From: a bacterium
GTDB lineage: Bacteria; Zhuqueibacterota; Zhuqueibacteria; Oceanimicrobiales; Oceanimicrobiaceae
DNA length: 27,970 nt
Assembly (NCBI GenBank): GCA_046757525.1
Contig: JBHHYI010000038.1
Coordinates: forward strand, 1 to 27,970
Direction: 5' to 3'
Made by a program: the position numbers and the translations under genes
Notes under the pieces: generated by a model
The model's input: only the letters and a program-made list of their open reading frames with translations
Database searches by the model: none
Told to the model about the DNA's origin: nothing
Shown here: positions 1 to 8,628 of the stretch, one piece after another
Layout of the letters: each line of letters starts with the position of its first letter
How positions within the stretch are numbered: position 1 is the first letter of the stretch

Positions 1-390
1 TTCGACTTTTACCGAATAGGCTTTTTGCGTGTCTTGAGGATTTTTGACGTTGGCAAATTTTACCTCCACTCTCTCGTTAGGCGAGATCATTCTGCCCAAA
101 CCGGTGCGAATCAATATGACTTGCTGGCCCTGGACTTTAACTCTGAAGCCGCCGTTAATCGTGGTGGAATTTGCCAGCCGCACCCCAGATAAGTCAAACG
201 CTTGAGGAAAGGTAAGGGTCAAGCTTCCATTGGGAAAAAGGGTGTCGGCGGCGACAAAACTTATTTGATAAATCGACGTGGCACCCGCTTTAGGATTTAA
301 CGGATTGACTTGCACCGAGTCCGCCGGCGCCCCAAAAGCCAGAGTGTAGCCACTCAAAGCAGTGACGACAAGACAGAGAATTTTCTTCAT
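1..390 (-). CDS. Secreted protein, 5' part only (runs off the window start); beta-rich, possibly Ig-like
   Basis: Not in the ORF track. Read by hand from ATG at 390: MKKILCLVVTALSGYTLAFGAPADSVQVNPLNPKAGATSIYQISFVAADTLFPNGSLTLTFPQAFDLSGVRLANSTTINGGFRVKVQGQQVILIRTGLGRMISPNERVEVKFANVKNPQDTQKAYSVKVE, open to position 1. Sec-type signal peptide; AGGAG SD at 398-402. Confidence 0.85.
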   Translation of the reverse strand, partial: MKKILCLVVTALSGYTLAFGAPADSVQVNPLNPKAGATSIYQISFVAADTLFPNGSLTLTFPQAFDLSGVRLANSTTINGGFRVKVQGQQVILIRTGLGRMISPNERVEVKFANVKNPQDTQKAYSVKVE

Positions 391-485
391 CCACTCATCT
401 CCTGTATCAAACCATGGGAAATGTCCCACTTTGATACATTAATTGTTTTCAAAGAGGTAAAAATTACATTCCTGAAAGTTATTTG

Positions 486-501
486 AGCAAACATTATACC
501 A
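486..501 (-). promoter_or_regulatory. Candidate promoter: sigma54-like -24/-12 (TGGTAT-AATGT-TTGCT), which also contains an extended -10 TGnTATAAT
   Basis: Minus strand reads TGGTATAATGTTTGCT: GG-N10-GC spacing, ~95 nt upstream of the ATG at 390. Confidence 0.55.
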
Positions 502-624
502 ACGAATCCTCAGTGGAGTCGAAGGATTAAGGATTATGGTCTGAGTTCTGAATCCTGTACGACCAAGCGTATAGAATTTCAAAAATGTAAGCAAGTAGAA
601 AAAATCAATTGCACCGCAATTATT

Positions 625-1743
625 CTATTTTAGCAAAGCTCGAAGCAGAATCAAAAATCCTTTCCCATCATTTTCAGCCAACTTGAGGTTTTTTTCAGCC
701 TTCTTGAAATCAGGATTTATTTTTAGCGCTGTGCGAAATTCCTCTAACGATTTTAAGAAGAGGTTTCTGCATTGAATCAAATACGCAATCCCCAGGTTGC
801 TGCGCACATCAGCGTAATGCGGATACTCCTCGATGAGCTGCTTCAGATCGTTCACGTATTCAGCAATGAAACTGTCGTCTTTGCCTTTGCCACCATACAT
901 AAACTTCAAATAAAACTCATTCTCAAAATTAAAAAAGTTTTTGAACACGTCTCGCGATTCGCCTTCCGTCAACCTCTCGAGCGCCTCATCATAATTGTCA
1001 GAAGCCATCAGTTCCAGGGCCAGGGTGAGATTGGGCATGTCCGCATGGGCAACTTTTCCCGCGACAGCAGAAAGATGTTCCAAAGCGCGCTGTCTTTTCT
1101 GTTCTGTTGCAGAGTCCTCCTGTGTAGCCGCGCCGTCCCGCAGGAGTGCGACTCCCAAATTGTAGTGCGCTTCCACGTAATCCGGGTTCAACTTCAACGC
1201 TTCTTCAAGATGAGCGGTGGCCTGCTCATAATTCCCAGCCCGTAGACAGGCGATCCCAATGAAATTTTGCATGTCAGCGAAATCAGGGGCGCGATCTGCA
1301 CCGGCGCTCAACGTCTCGATCGCTTGATCGTAAGCCTCGGAAAAAATGAGGGCTTTGCCCAGATTCGCATAGACTTCATGATAATCTGGATCGATTTCTA
1401 AAGCCAACTGAAACTGTTCGATGGACTCCTCGACCAAGTTTTTCTTCAGAAACATGAGACCGAGTTTATTTGCAGATGGCGCATGTCTTACAGTTTTTAC
1501 TTTCTCGGCGATGTAATACAGGATTTCCATCTCAGTGGTCATCTCTCGATGGGTGTCAACCATTCGGTTATCGATGTCTTCGATAGAAGCGTCCTGCTTC
1601 AAAGGCACCCGTTTGGTGTCGATGACTTGCCCATCCAGAAAGACGTTGGAAATGATGCTCTCTTGAGGCTTAGAAAAATTAGTTTGAATGTGAAATTTCC
1701 TACCTCCAACGGTGATATCGTTGTTTAAGCCCAATTCTTCCAT
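625..1743 (-). CDS. Tetratricopeptide-repeat protein with a small N-terminal alpha/beta domain
   Basis: Several TPR motifs (ALEIDPDYHEVYANLG, PDFADMQNFIG, ALKLNPDYVEAHYNLG, PHYADVRSNLG, ALKINPDFKKAEKNL); the first ~75 aa are non-TPR. Confidence 0.85.
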   Translation of the reverse strand: MEELGLNNDITVGGRKFHIQTNFSKPQESIISNVFLDGQVIDTKRVPLKQDASIEDIDNRMVDTHREMTTEMEILYYIAEKVKTVRHAPSANKLGLMFLKKNLVEESIEQFQLALEIDPDYHEVYANLGKALIFSEAYDQAIETLSAGADRAPDFADMQNFIGIACLRAGNYEQATAHLEEALKLNPDYVEAHYNLGVALLRDGAATQEDSATEQKRQRALEHLSAVAGKVAHADMPNLTLALELMASDNYDEALERLTEGESRDVFKNFFNFENEFYLKFMYGGKGKDDSFIAEYVNDLKQLIEEYPHYADVRSNLGIAYLIQCRNLFLKSLEEFRTALKINPDFKKAEKNLKLAENDGKGFLILLRALLK

Positions 1744-1894
1744 AGCTCTACTCTCGTTAAGTTAGTTCACTGAAGTGTTTCGGAAAATTCCCTTTTCTTG
1801 CTGCTAAGGTTCGAATATGATTTTAGCATTAACCTTGCAGTCCAAAGGTCTGGAAGTAGTCATTTCATTATATCGGTAACCCTTTATTAATCCT

Positions 1895-3085
1895 TTAAGT
1901 AAGCTTTCTTAGAGCGGCGCCAATACGTGCGACGGCTTTTTCCAGGACCTCCAGAGAAGCGGCGTACGAAATCCGAATGTGTTCCTTACTGCCAAAGGCT
2001 TCTCCAGGTACCAGGGCCACGCCATTTTCCTGCAAAACATATTGGCAAAAATCGCTTGTATTGTGAATGGCCACGCCATTGCATTGCAAACCAAAATACT
2101 TGGAGACATTCGGGAACATGTAAAATGCGCCCTGAGGCAAGGTGGCATGGATGCCCGGCAAGCCATTCAGTCGATCCACCAAAAATCTTCGTCTGCGGTC
2201 AAATTCCAATACCATGTTCTTGACGATGCCCTGATCCGCACTCAGAGCTGCCAGACTTGCTTTTTGTGAAATCGAGCAAGGATTCGAAGTTGAATGGCTT
2301 TGAATTTTGGATACGGCTTTAACGATTTCCGGGGTCGCCGCCAGGTAGCCAATACGCCACCCGGTCATGGCAAAAGCCTTGGAAACCCCGTTGACCAGAA
2401 TCACCCGCTCCTTAAACGACGCAAAGGAAGCGATGCTGACGTGCGGCTGTCCGTCATAGATTATTTTTTCATAGATTTCATCGGAAATGACCAGGGTGTT
2501 GGTCTCTTTGAGGACTTCATACAGGGTTTCCAGCTCTGTCTTTGAGTAGACCGCCCCGGTTGGATTGGCCGGGCTGTTGAGAATAAGCAATTTGGTCTGT
2601 GAAGTCATCGCTTCTTTGAGCTGGTCAGGAACGATCTTAAAGTTGGTACTTTCGTCGGTTTGTAAGTAAACCGGCGTAGCCCCGACAAATCTCACCTGTT
2701 CGGGGTAGCTGGTCCAGTAAGGGCTCGGGATGAGGACTTCGTCGCCTTCTTCACACAGAGCCAGCAGCGTGTTGATTATGGCGTGCTTTGCGCCGCAGGT
2801 CACAACGATTTGTTCCGGCGCGTATTGCAAGTGATTGTCGTTTGCGAGCTTGGCACAAATGGCCACCTTTAAATCGTGGAACCCTGTGTTTGGCGTGTAT
2901 TTGGTAAACCCTGCCTTTATAGCGCCAATGGCGGCTTCTTTAATCACCTGAGGGGTGTCAAAATCAGGCTCACCGGCGCCCAGGTCGATGACGTTCTTGC
3001 CTTGGCGGCGCAGCGCGGCGACCATGCCAGTGACAGCAACGGTTTGCGAGGGTTGTATTTTCTCGATTCTTTTGGCAAAGTTCAT
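1895..3085 (-). CDS. aspC: PLP-dependent aminotransferase class I/II (aspartate aminotransferase-like)
   Basis: GEPDFDTP, GAKHA, NSPANPTG, SDEIYE and the PLP-lysine motif SKAFAMTGWRIG. Confidence 0.9.
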   Translation of the reverse strand: MNFAKRIEKIQPSQTVAVTGMVAALRRQGKNVIDLGAGEPDFDTPQVIKEAAIGAIKAGFTKYTPNTGFHDLKVAICAKLANDNHLQYAPEQIVVTCGAKHAIINTLLALCEEGDEVLIPSPYWTSYPEQVRFVGATPVYLQTDESTNFKIVPDQLKEAMTSQTKLLILNSPANPTGAVYSKTELETLYEVLKETNTLVISDEIYEKIIYDGQPHVSIASFASFKERVILVNGVSKAFAMTGWRIGYLAATPEIVKAVSKIQSHSTSNPCSISQKASLAALSADQGIVKNMVLEFDRRRRFLVDRLNGLPGIHATLPQGAFYMFPNVSKYFGLQCNGVAIHNTSDFCQYVLQENGVALVPGEAFGSKEHIRISYAASLEVLEKAVARIGAALRKLT

Positions 3086-3094
3086 TGGGCTTGC

Positions 3095-4069
3095 TCAACT
3101 CCTAATAGCGCAAATACTGGCCACATCGACGATGTCTTCCCAGCTACAGCCGCGAGAAAGATCGTTTGCAGGTTTTGCCAGGCCCTGAATGATCGGCCCG
3201 AGCGCCTTGCATCCCGCCAATCTTTCCGTCAATTTATAAGCGATATTCCCCGCATCTAAGTTAGGGAAAATCAGCACATTTGCTCTGCCTGCAACCGGGC
3301 TGTCAGGCGCTTTTTTGCGCGCCACCTGCTCGATTAACGCCGCATCGCCCTGCAATTCCCCGTCAAACTCGATGTCCGCTCGTTTCGATTGGGCAACCGC
3401 CAGGGCTTGTTGTACCTTCTCAACCATGGGATGTTGCGCACTTCCTTTGGTGGAAAAGGAGAGCAACGCGACCAAAGGCTCTTCCCCTGTGAGCTTACGG
3501 TGCGTCATGGCGCTGGAGATGGCGATGTCTGCCAATTGTTCCGGATCAGGGTCAGGAACCACAGCGCAGTCGGCAAAGGTTAGAACGCGATCATCGTCAA
3601 AAACCATCTCAAATGTGCTCGATGCCAGGGCAATTCCAGGGGCCAGGCCGATGGTCTGGATGGCTGCTCTGAGCACTTCTGCGGTGGTAAAGTTGCTCCC
3701 GGCCACACTGCCATCCGCCAGGCCCGCGCGAACCATCATGGCGCCAAAATACAAAGGCTGCTGCACGGCAGATTGGGCTTGCTCCGGCGTAATGCCCTTC
3801 TCCTGGCGCAGCTCGAAAAACGCTTGCCACAGATCTTTAAAATGGAGAGATTGCGCCGGCTCGATTCGTGCAATAGCCTCAAGATCGATGGAATGCGCCT
3901 GCGCCGTTGCTTCAATCTCACGGAGATGGCCCAGGAGCACACACCGTGCAATGCCTTCCCTGGTTAAGAATTCAGCGGCCTTTTGAACACGCACCTCAGC
4001 GCCTTCTGGAAAAACGATGGTCTTGTTCGCTAATCTGGCCCTGTTCCTTAGTTGCTCAATAAACGTCAT
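3095..4069 (-). CDS. pta: Phosphate acetyltransferase (short class I Pta)
   Basis: [51 protein letters not shown]. Confidence 0.93.
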   Translation of the reverse strand: MTFIEQLRNRARLANKTIVFPEGAEVRVQKAAEFLTREGIARCVLLGHLREIEATAQAHSIDLEAIARIEPAQSLHFKDLWQAFFELRQEKGITPEQAQSAVQQPLYFGAMMVRAGLADGSVAGSNFTTAEVLRAAIQTIGLAPGIALASSTFEMVFDDDRVLTFADCAVVPDPDPEQLADIAISSAMTHRKLTGEEPLVALLSFSTKGSAQHPMVEKVQQALAVAQSKRADIEFDGELQGDAALIEQVARKKAPDSPVAGRANVLIFPNLDAGNIAYKLTERLAGCKALGPIIQGLAKPANDLSRGCSWEDIVDVASICAIRS

Positions 4070-4560
4070 TCAGAACGAAACTTTTCTTTTAGCCGCCGGT
4101 GGACTTCCGCAGGAACAAATGAACTAACGTCGCCGTGGAATTTTGCCACCTCTTTGACTATGGTGGAATTTAAATAGGTGTATTTTTCATTTGGCATGAG
4201 GAAAACGGTCACGATGTCTTTCGCCAACCTGCGATTCACCAGGGCCATTTGAAATTCGTACTCAAAGTCGGAAATAGCCCGCAATCCGCGCACGACAGCT
4301 TCAGCGCGTTTCTTGACGGCATAATCCATCAGCAAACCCTTAAAATTCTCAACCTCCACATTGTCCAAATGAGATGTTTCATGTCGAATCATGTTCACTC
4401 TTTCTTGTACGGAAAACAGAGGCGCTTTGGCAGGATTGGTGGTGACGGCCACGATCACAACATCGAACAGATTCACAGCTCTCTGGATGATGTCGAGATG
4501 ACCATTGGTTATGGGATCAAACGTGCCGGGATAGATGGCTATTTTGTTATTTTTGGACAT
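4066..4560 (-). CDS. coaD: Pantetheine-phosphate adenylyltransferase
   Basis: [16 protein letters not shown] and [12 protein letters not shown] motifs; 4-nt overlap with pta. Confidence 0.97.
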   Translation of the reverse strand: MSKNNKIAIYPGTFDPITNGHLDIIQRAVNLFDVVIVAVTTNPAKAPLFSVQERVNMIRHETSHLDNVEVENFKGLLMDYAVKKRAEAVVRGLRAISDFEYEFQMALVNRRLAKDIVTVFLMPNEKYTYLNSTIVKEVAKFHGDVSSFVPAEVHRRLKEKFRSE

Positions 4561-5107
4561 GTCGATAAAAGGAAACCGTGGATTCCCCCTGCCGCTTCTG
4601 AAATCCCAAAGTTAAATCTTCAACGCTTTCGCTGAGCACTTCTCTAAAACTATGCTCAATAACCAACCGACCTTGGGCCGCCAACAAATGGAATTGGGCA
4701 ACCAGGGTCAGGGTCTGGCTCGCCAAGCGCCTTCCATAGGGAGGATCAGCAAAAATCAAATCAAAAACAATTTCTTGTTTTGAGAGTTTCTTGCAAGCCA
4801 TTTCCGTGGAGGTTTTAAGTACTTCCGCCTTGTTAGTCAAGCGCGTTTTTCTCAAGTTGTTTTCAATGAGCCTCTGAGCTTCTCTGGTCTTTTCAATAAA
4901 AATAGCCTTGGCCGCCCCACGGCTCAAGGCCTCGATACCTAAACTCCCGGTGCCCGCAAACAAGTCTAACACCAGACTGCTCTCGACCTCGTCTCCTAAC
5001 ACATTGAAAATCAATTCCTTCACACTGTCGGACGTGGGGCGAATCCAGGGCACTTTAACGACTGACAACCGAACCCCTTTTTTGGTACCTGCAATGACTC
5101 TCATCAC
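4547..5107 (-). CDS. rsmD: 16S rRNA (guanine966-N2)-methyltransferase
   Basis: MRVIAG, RPTSD, LDLFAGTGSLGIEALSRGA, DPPY; classic rsmD-coaD linkage. Confidence 0.95.
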   Translation of the reverse strand: MMRVIAGTKKGVRLSVVKVPWIRPTSDSVKELIFNVLGDEVESSLVLDLFAGTGSLGIEALSRGAAKAIFIEKTREAQRLIENNLRKTRLTNKAEVLKTSTEMACKKLSKQEIVFDLIFADPPYGRRLASQTLTLVAQFHLLAAQGRLVIEHSFREVLSESVEDLTLGFQKRQGESTVSFYRHVQK

Positions 5108-5125
5108 ATAGGCGTTTGACCGCGC

Positions 5126-6208
5126 TTAGGATTCCTGATACAGGTACATATTCAGAACCAGCAAAAGATTGGTATCGTCGTACCGGGCCATGTCAGGGGA
5201 AACCAGCAGAATTTTGCTCAGTTCAATGCCAAAGTTTTGCTGCCCGAGATCTTGTAAGAAACTCATCAACGATGCCTTGTTGCCAGATATGCGAACCAAG
5301 ACAGGTATTCTTTGGTGGCCATCTGAATAGGAGGCTTGATTTGACTTAAACTGTCGCAAGGACAATCCTTGTGCACCGGTGGCCTGCTTAAGCCATGATC
5401 TGGCCTGGCTCACTGTGAGGGAGCGCACCGATCCGGTAGGTGCCGATTCACTAAAGTTGGGCACGGTTCCGGAAATGAGAACTTTGTCCAGGGCCTGACC
5501 GTTGGCCGGCACTTTGCTTTCAGACAGCACCACGATGTTGCGTGCAGAAGAAGACTGGGAGATTTGACCCGTATAGTCCTGGGCATCGCCCTCAGAGGCG
5601 GCCACAAATTCCATTCTCAACCTTTCTCCAGTAAAGGAGAGCAGGGTAAGATTGATATTCGACGGCATCGATGCAACAATGTCATTGACGGTTTCAATGG
5701 CAAACTTCGACTTCGAGACGATTTCACCCGCACTTGTACTTAGAATATCATTAATCGTTGAGGAAGCAGGGGGTTCGGGTCTTGACGTCGGTTGATTGTC
5801 AGGCTGAGTCGCTGCTGGCTGACTTTTGGGTTCCACGTTGGACGGCACCTCAGCGGCGGCCGGCTCGGACGTAGTTCCAGGTTCTGCGTTCGCGGGCACG
5901 GTTTCTTCGAATTGAGGATTGTCCTCAGCCACCATTTGTTGCGGTTCAGGTTTCTTGTCGCCCCTGAACAGAAAATAGTAGGCGGCGCCTCCCAATATGA
6001 CGATGATCGCCAGAATAATGAGAGTCGACAAACCAGAGGGATAGTTCCTGCTTTTGAAGCTATAGTCAACGGTTCTCGAGGTGTCAAATGTGTCCGTTTT
6101 GTCCTCGAAAGTAAAATCCTGGGCCTCCAGGTTGGAAGATTGCGAAAGATCTTCTATCCGATCTTCTTCTTCGCTCTTTTCATCACCCATTAAATTGATG
6201 TCAACCAT
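5126..6208 (-). CDS. Bitopic membrane protein, probable PilN/PilO-like fusion
   Basis: N-terminal DINLMG resembles the PilN INLLP PilM-binding motif; one TM helix (TLIILAIIVILGGAAYYFLF); P/E/A-rich linker; C-terminal IPVLVRISGNKASLMSFLQDL is PilO-like; lies directly downstream of a pilM-like gene. Confidence 0.6.
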   Translation of the reverse strand: MVDINLMGDEKSEEEDRIEDLSQSSNLEAQDFTFEDKTDTFDTSRTVDYSFKSRNYPSGLSTLIILAIIVILGGAAYYFLFRGDKKPEPQQMVAEDNPQFEETVPANAEPGTTSEPAAAEVPSNVEPKSQPAATQPDNQPTSRPEPPASSTINDILSTSAGEIVSKSKFAIETVNDIVASMPSNINLTLLSFTGERLRMEFVAASEGDAQDYTGQISQSSSARNIVVLSESKVPANGQALDKVLISGTVPNFSESAPTGSVRSLTVSQARSWLKQATGAQGLSLRQFKSNQASYSDGHQRIPVLVRISGNKASLMSFLQDLGQQNFGIELSKILLVSPDMARYDDTNLLLVLNMYLYQES

Positions 6209-6245
6209 GATAATACTCCTTAGTGCATAATAAATGTAGATATTA

Positions 6246-7205
6246 TTAAAGCTCTTTTAATGCAGCCCCCACAGAAATCATGAACCGTTCATTCTGCAAA
6301 CGGCTTGTGCCTTCCTTGGCCTGAGCTACCAGTTTAATCCTTTTGAAAGGATTGGCACGATCAATTCTGACATCATGAGTGTTCTGCAAATCTTCCAGAA
6401 GCCGATCTTCAAGGGCTTCACCGTACAAGAAAATTTCGTCTAAATCTTCAACACTTCTTCCCAACTGATGATCCAAAATAATCTTGCGAAGTTCCTTAGA
6501 GATTAAACGAGAGACCGATGTCTCCTCAGACTCCAGGTTTCGATTATTCACAGGCAAGGCCAGATCCTGAGAGATAAAATAATTCTTGCCTTCCAAGATC
6601 AAAATGTGGATATTTCTTTCTTCCACATCTATGAGGCCAATCCTGTCGCTGTTGCCGTAGTCATAATTGATTTGCAAAGCTCTTTGCGCCGAGAAAATAT
6701 CGACGTCGATAGACTTTAATTTCAATTTCGTTTGTTTAAACACGCTTTTGAGAAAGTCGATTATTTTTTTGCGAACCACGACGATGAGCATATCGACCAG
6801 ATTTTCGTGCGTGCTGGAGCTCAGATACTCATAATCGACGATGTATTCCTCAATGGGCGAGATGATGAATTGCCGCACTTCCCAATTGATTTGCTCTTCT
6901 AAGTCCTTGCCATCTAAATTTTTGTCCACAGGTATTTTTTTTATCATGACCATTTTGGAATCCAGAGAGAAAGCCGCATTCTTGTTTTCAAATTCCTGCA
7001 GTTCGTAAAGGCGATTGATGTCTTCGGCAAATCTTCGGGCGATGTTCTTGTCTGAGAAGACTTCAAAGTTCAAAGGTTGGCGCACCCGCCCTTGAGACAC
7101 ATGGGTAATCTGGAATTCGTTATTGCTTCTTTTGCTTTCTACGATTCTGAGTTGATCTTCAATCAAACTAATTCCAAGGATTCCCGATCTTTCCTCCTGG
7201 GCCAT
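6246..7205 (-). CDS. pilM: PilM-like (FtsA/actin-fold) pilus assembly protein
   Basis: Pattern matches PilM: ILGISL..QLRIVE, INWEVRQFI..PIEEYIVDY, LKLKSIDVDIFS, GLIDVE, ELRKI, IFLYGE, ANPF, ISVGAALK. The glycine loops are degenerate. Confidence 0.72.
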   Translation of the reverse strand: MAQEERSGILGISLIEDQLRIVESKRSNNEFQITHVSQGRVRQPLNFEVFSDKNIARRFAEDINRLYELQEFENKNAAFSLDSKMVMIKKIPVDKNLDGKDLEEQINWEVRQFIISPIEEYIVDYEYLSSSTHENLVDMLIVVVRKKIIDFLKSVFKQTKLKLKSIDVDIFSAQRALQINYDYGNSDRIGLIDVEERNIHILILEGKNYFISQDLALPVNNRNLESEETSVSRLISKELRKIILDHQLGRSVEDLDEIFLYGEALEDRLLEDLQNTHDVRIDRANPFKRIKLVAQAKEGTSRLQNERFMISVGAALKEL

Positions 7206-7226
7206 GTTTACCTCCGCGAAACCAAT

Positions 7227-8123
7227 TTATTGGTTTTGTTCCCAACTTTTTTCCCCTTTTTCAATGTGCCCGTGGTTAGCCAATTTGAGACCTCCAATGC
7301 GATATTTCAGAAAATTGCTCTTGGCGGCGGCGATATCAGTGCTGTCTATGGGGCAATAGATATTTAGATATTTTATCGCCGAAGTATCAATATAAACCAA
7401 TTTGTAAGTCTTATGCACCGTGGGACAAGTGTACAATGAATCCAGGGTGCCACTTTTGTATTGAGGTATCTGCGCCTTAACCTCATCAAAATCATTGATC
7501 ATATTGTTCAACCCAGCGATGACGTCAACAGCCGCTTCTTGCGCGCCCTTAAGATTCCCCTTCTCAACCAGATTTTTGACGACTCCCATGTTCAGGATAA
7601 ATTGCTTTGAATCGATGACGACAAAGGCCTCGCGCAACTTCTCGACGGGCATATTCGGTTGAATTTTCATTCGGTCATGTAAATATTCCACATAGCCGGC
7701 CACCTGGCGAGTGTCGAGCCTCATTTTTTGTTGCAACTGGCCCAACGAATCTATCATGGTGGTATCTACCGCCTTTGGGATGTCCGCCAGAATCATTTCC
7801 TCGGTAGCTATAAATCCCTTCAATCTTGTGGCAACAGAATCCAGGCCACGAACCAGGACCGAATCGACATAATGGGCATAGGCGTCGCTGGTTCGAATGA
7901 AATCGAGAAGTTGCGGCAAGGAGTCTGTATAGACGGTGTTATATTTTTGATACTGAAGCTCAGCATTCAAGATGGCGCTCATTCTATCCCGGCAGATTTG
8001 CTGATTATAGGCTTCCTGATCGGTAACCTTTTTGGGATAAATGATTGATGCGATCAACAGTACAGACAAAATGACGATTAGAATTTCATAGATGATATTC
8101 CCCTTAACTTTTGCTTGTGCCAT
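7227..8123 (-). CDS. Type IV pilin/pseudopilin-like protein with a non-canonical N-terminus and a large helical insertion
   Basis: KVKG|NIIYEILIVILSVLLIASIIYP aligns by eye with G|FTLIELLIVIAIIGILAAIAIP (Gly-1, Glu+5, Pro+22). It is followed by CRDRMSAILNAELQY and C-terminal CP...CP...HG motifs, and sits between comEA and pilM. Confidence 0.6.
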   Translation of the reverse strand: MAQAKVKGNIIYEILIVILSVLLIASIIYPKKVTDQEAYNQQICRDRMSAILNAELQYQKYNTVYTDSLPQLLDFIRTSDAYAHYVDSVLVRGLDSVATRLKGFIATEEMILADIPKAVDTTMIDSLGQLQQKMRLDTRQVAGYVEYLHDRMKIQPNMPVEKLREAFVVIDSKQFILNMGVVKNLVEKGNLKGAQEAAVDVIAGLNNMINDFDEVKAQIPQYKSGTLDSLYTCPTVHKTYKLVYIDTSAIKYLNIYCPIDSTDIAAAKSNFLKYRIGGLKLANHGHIEKGEKSWEQNQ

Positions 8124-8169
8124 TTCTCCTCCCTCTGGATTTGGTTTATGCCGTTATTCTACTCTCAGC

Positions 8170-8625
8170 TCATTTCAAGGATATGTACGGCGATATCTTC
8201 TTTAGCGTTGTTGAGCCAATGCCTTTAACGTTTCTTAGATCTTCTTTACTCTTATAATCACCATTGATCTTTCTATATTCTATTATTCTGCTTGCCAACA
8301 CCGGGCCGACTTGGGGCAGATTTTGAAGTTCCTGCTTCTGAGCTTCATTTATGTTGATTAAAAACTTTTGTTCCTTTTCTTTATCAATTTCGTCATGGCG
8401 GCTTGTCTGGAAAGAATGTTTAATTGATAGGTTCTGCTTGGAACTGTCTAATTGTGCATTGATTGCTTCAGTGCTTTTTTTGAACTTTTCAACAAAGTTT
8501 GGATTGACTTGTTGTATCTCCACCTGGCCAAAATATCGATTGTAGAGAGTAACGATGCCTCCGACCAACAGAGAAAAAGCGAGAAACAGAACCACGCCTT
8601 GTTCTTGTTTCGTGAGGTTTAGCAT
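8170..8625 (-). CDS. comEA: ComEA-family helix-hairpin-helix DNA-binding protein
   Basis: N-terminal TM helix; ININEA..QELQNLPQVGPVLASRIIEYR and DLRNVKGIGSTTLKKISPYI HhH pair. Confidence 0.88.
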   Translation of the reverse strand: MLNLTKQEQGVVLFLAFSLLVGGIVTLYNRYFGQVEIQQVNPNFVEKFKKSTEAINAQLDSSKQNLSIKHSFQTSRHDEIDKEKEQKFLININEAQKQELQNLPQVGPVLASRIIEYRKINGDYKSKEDLRNVKGIGSTTLKKISPYISLK

Positions 8626-8628
8626 GAT

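Noticed and set aside
3315..3986. 223-aa plus-strand ORF and similar long antisense or alternate-frame ORFs (e.g. 11123-11695, 16426-16983, 21445-22071, 24735-25406, 25493-26116)
   Set aside because: They lie wholly or mostly within confidently identified genes and have no protein-like motifs.
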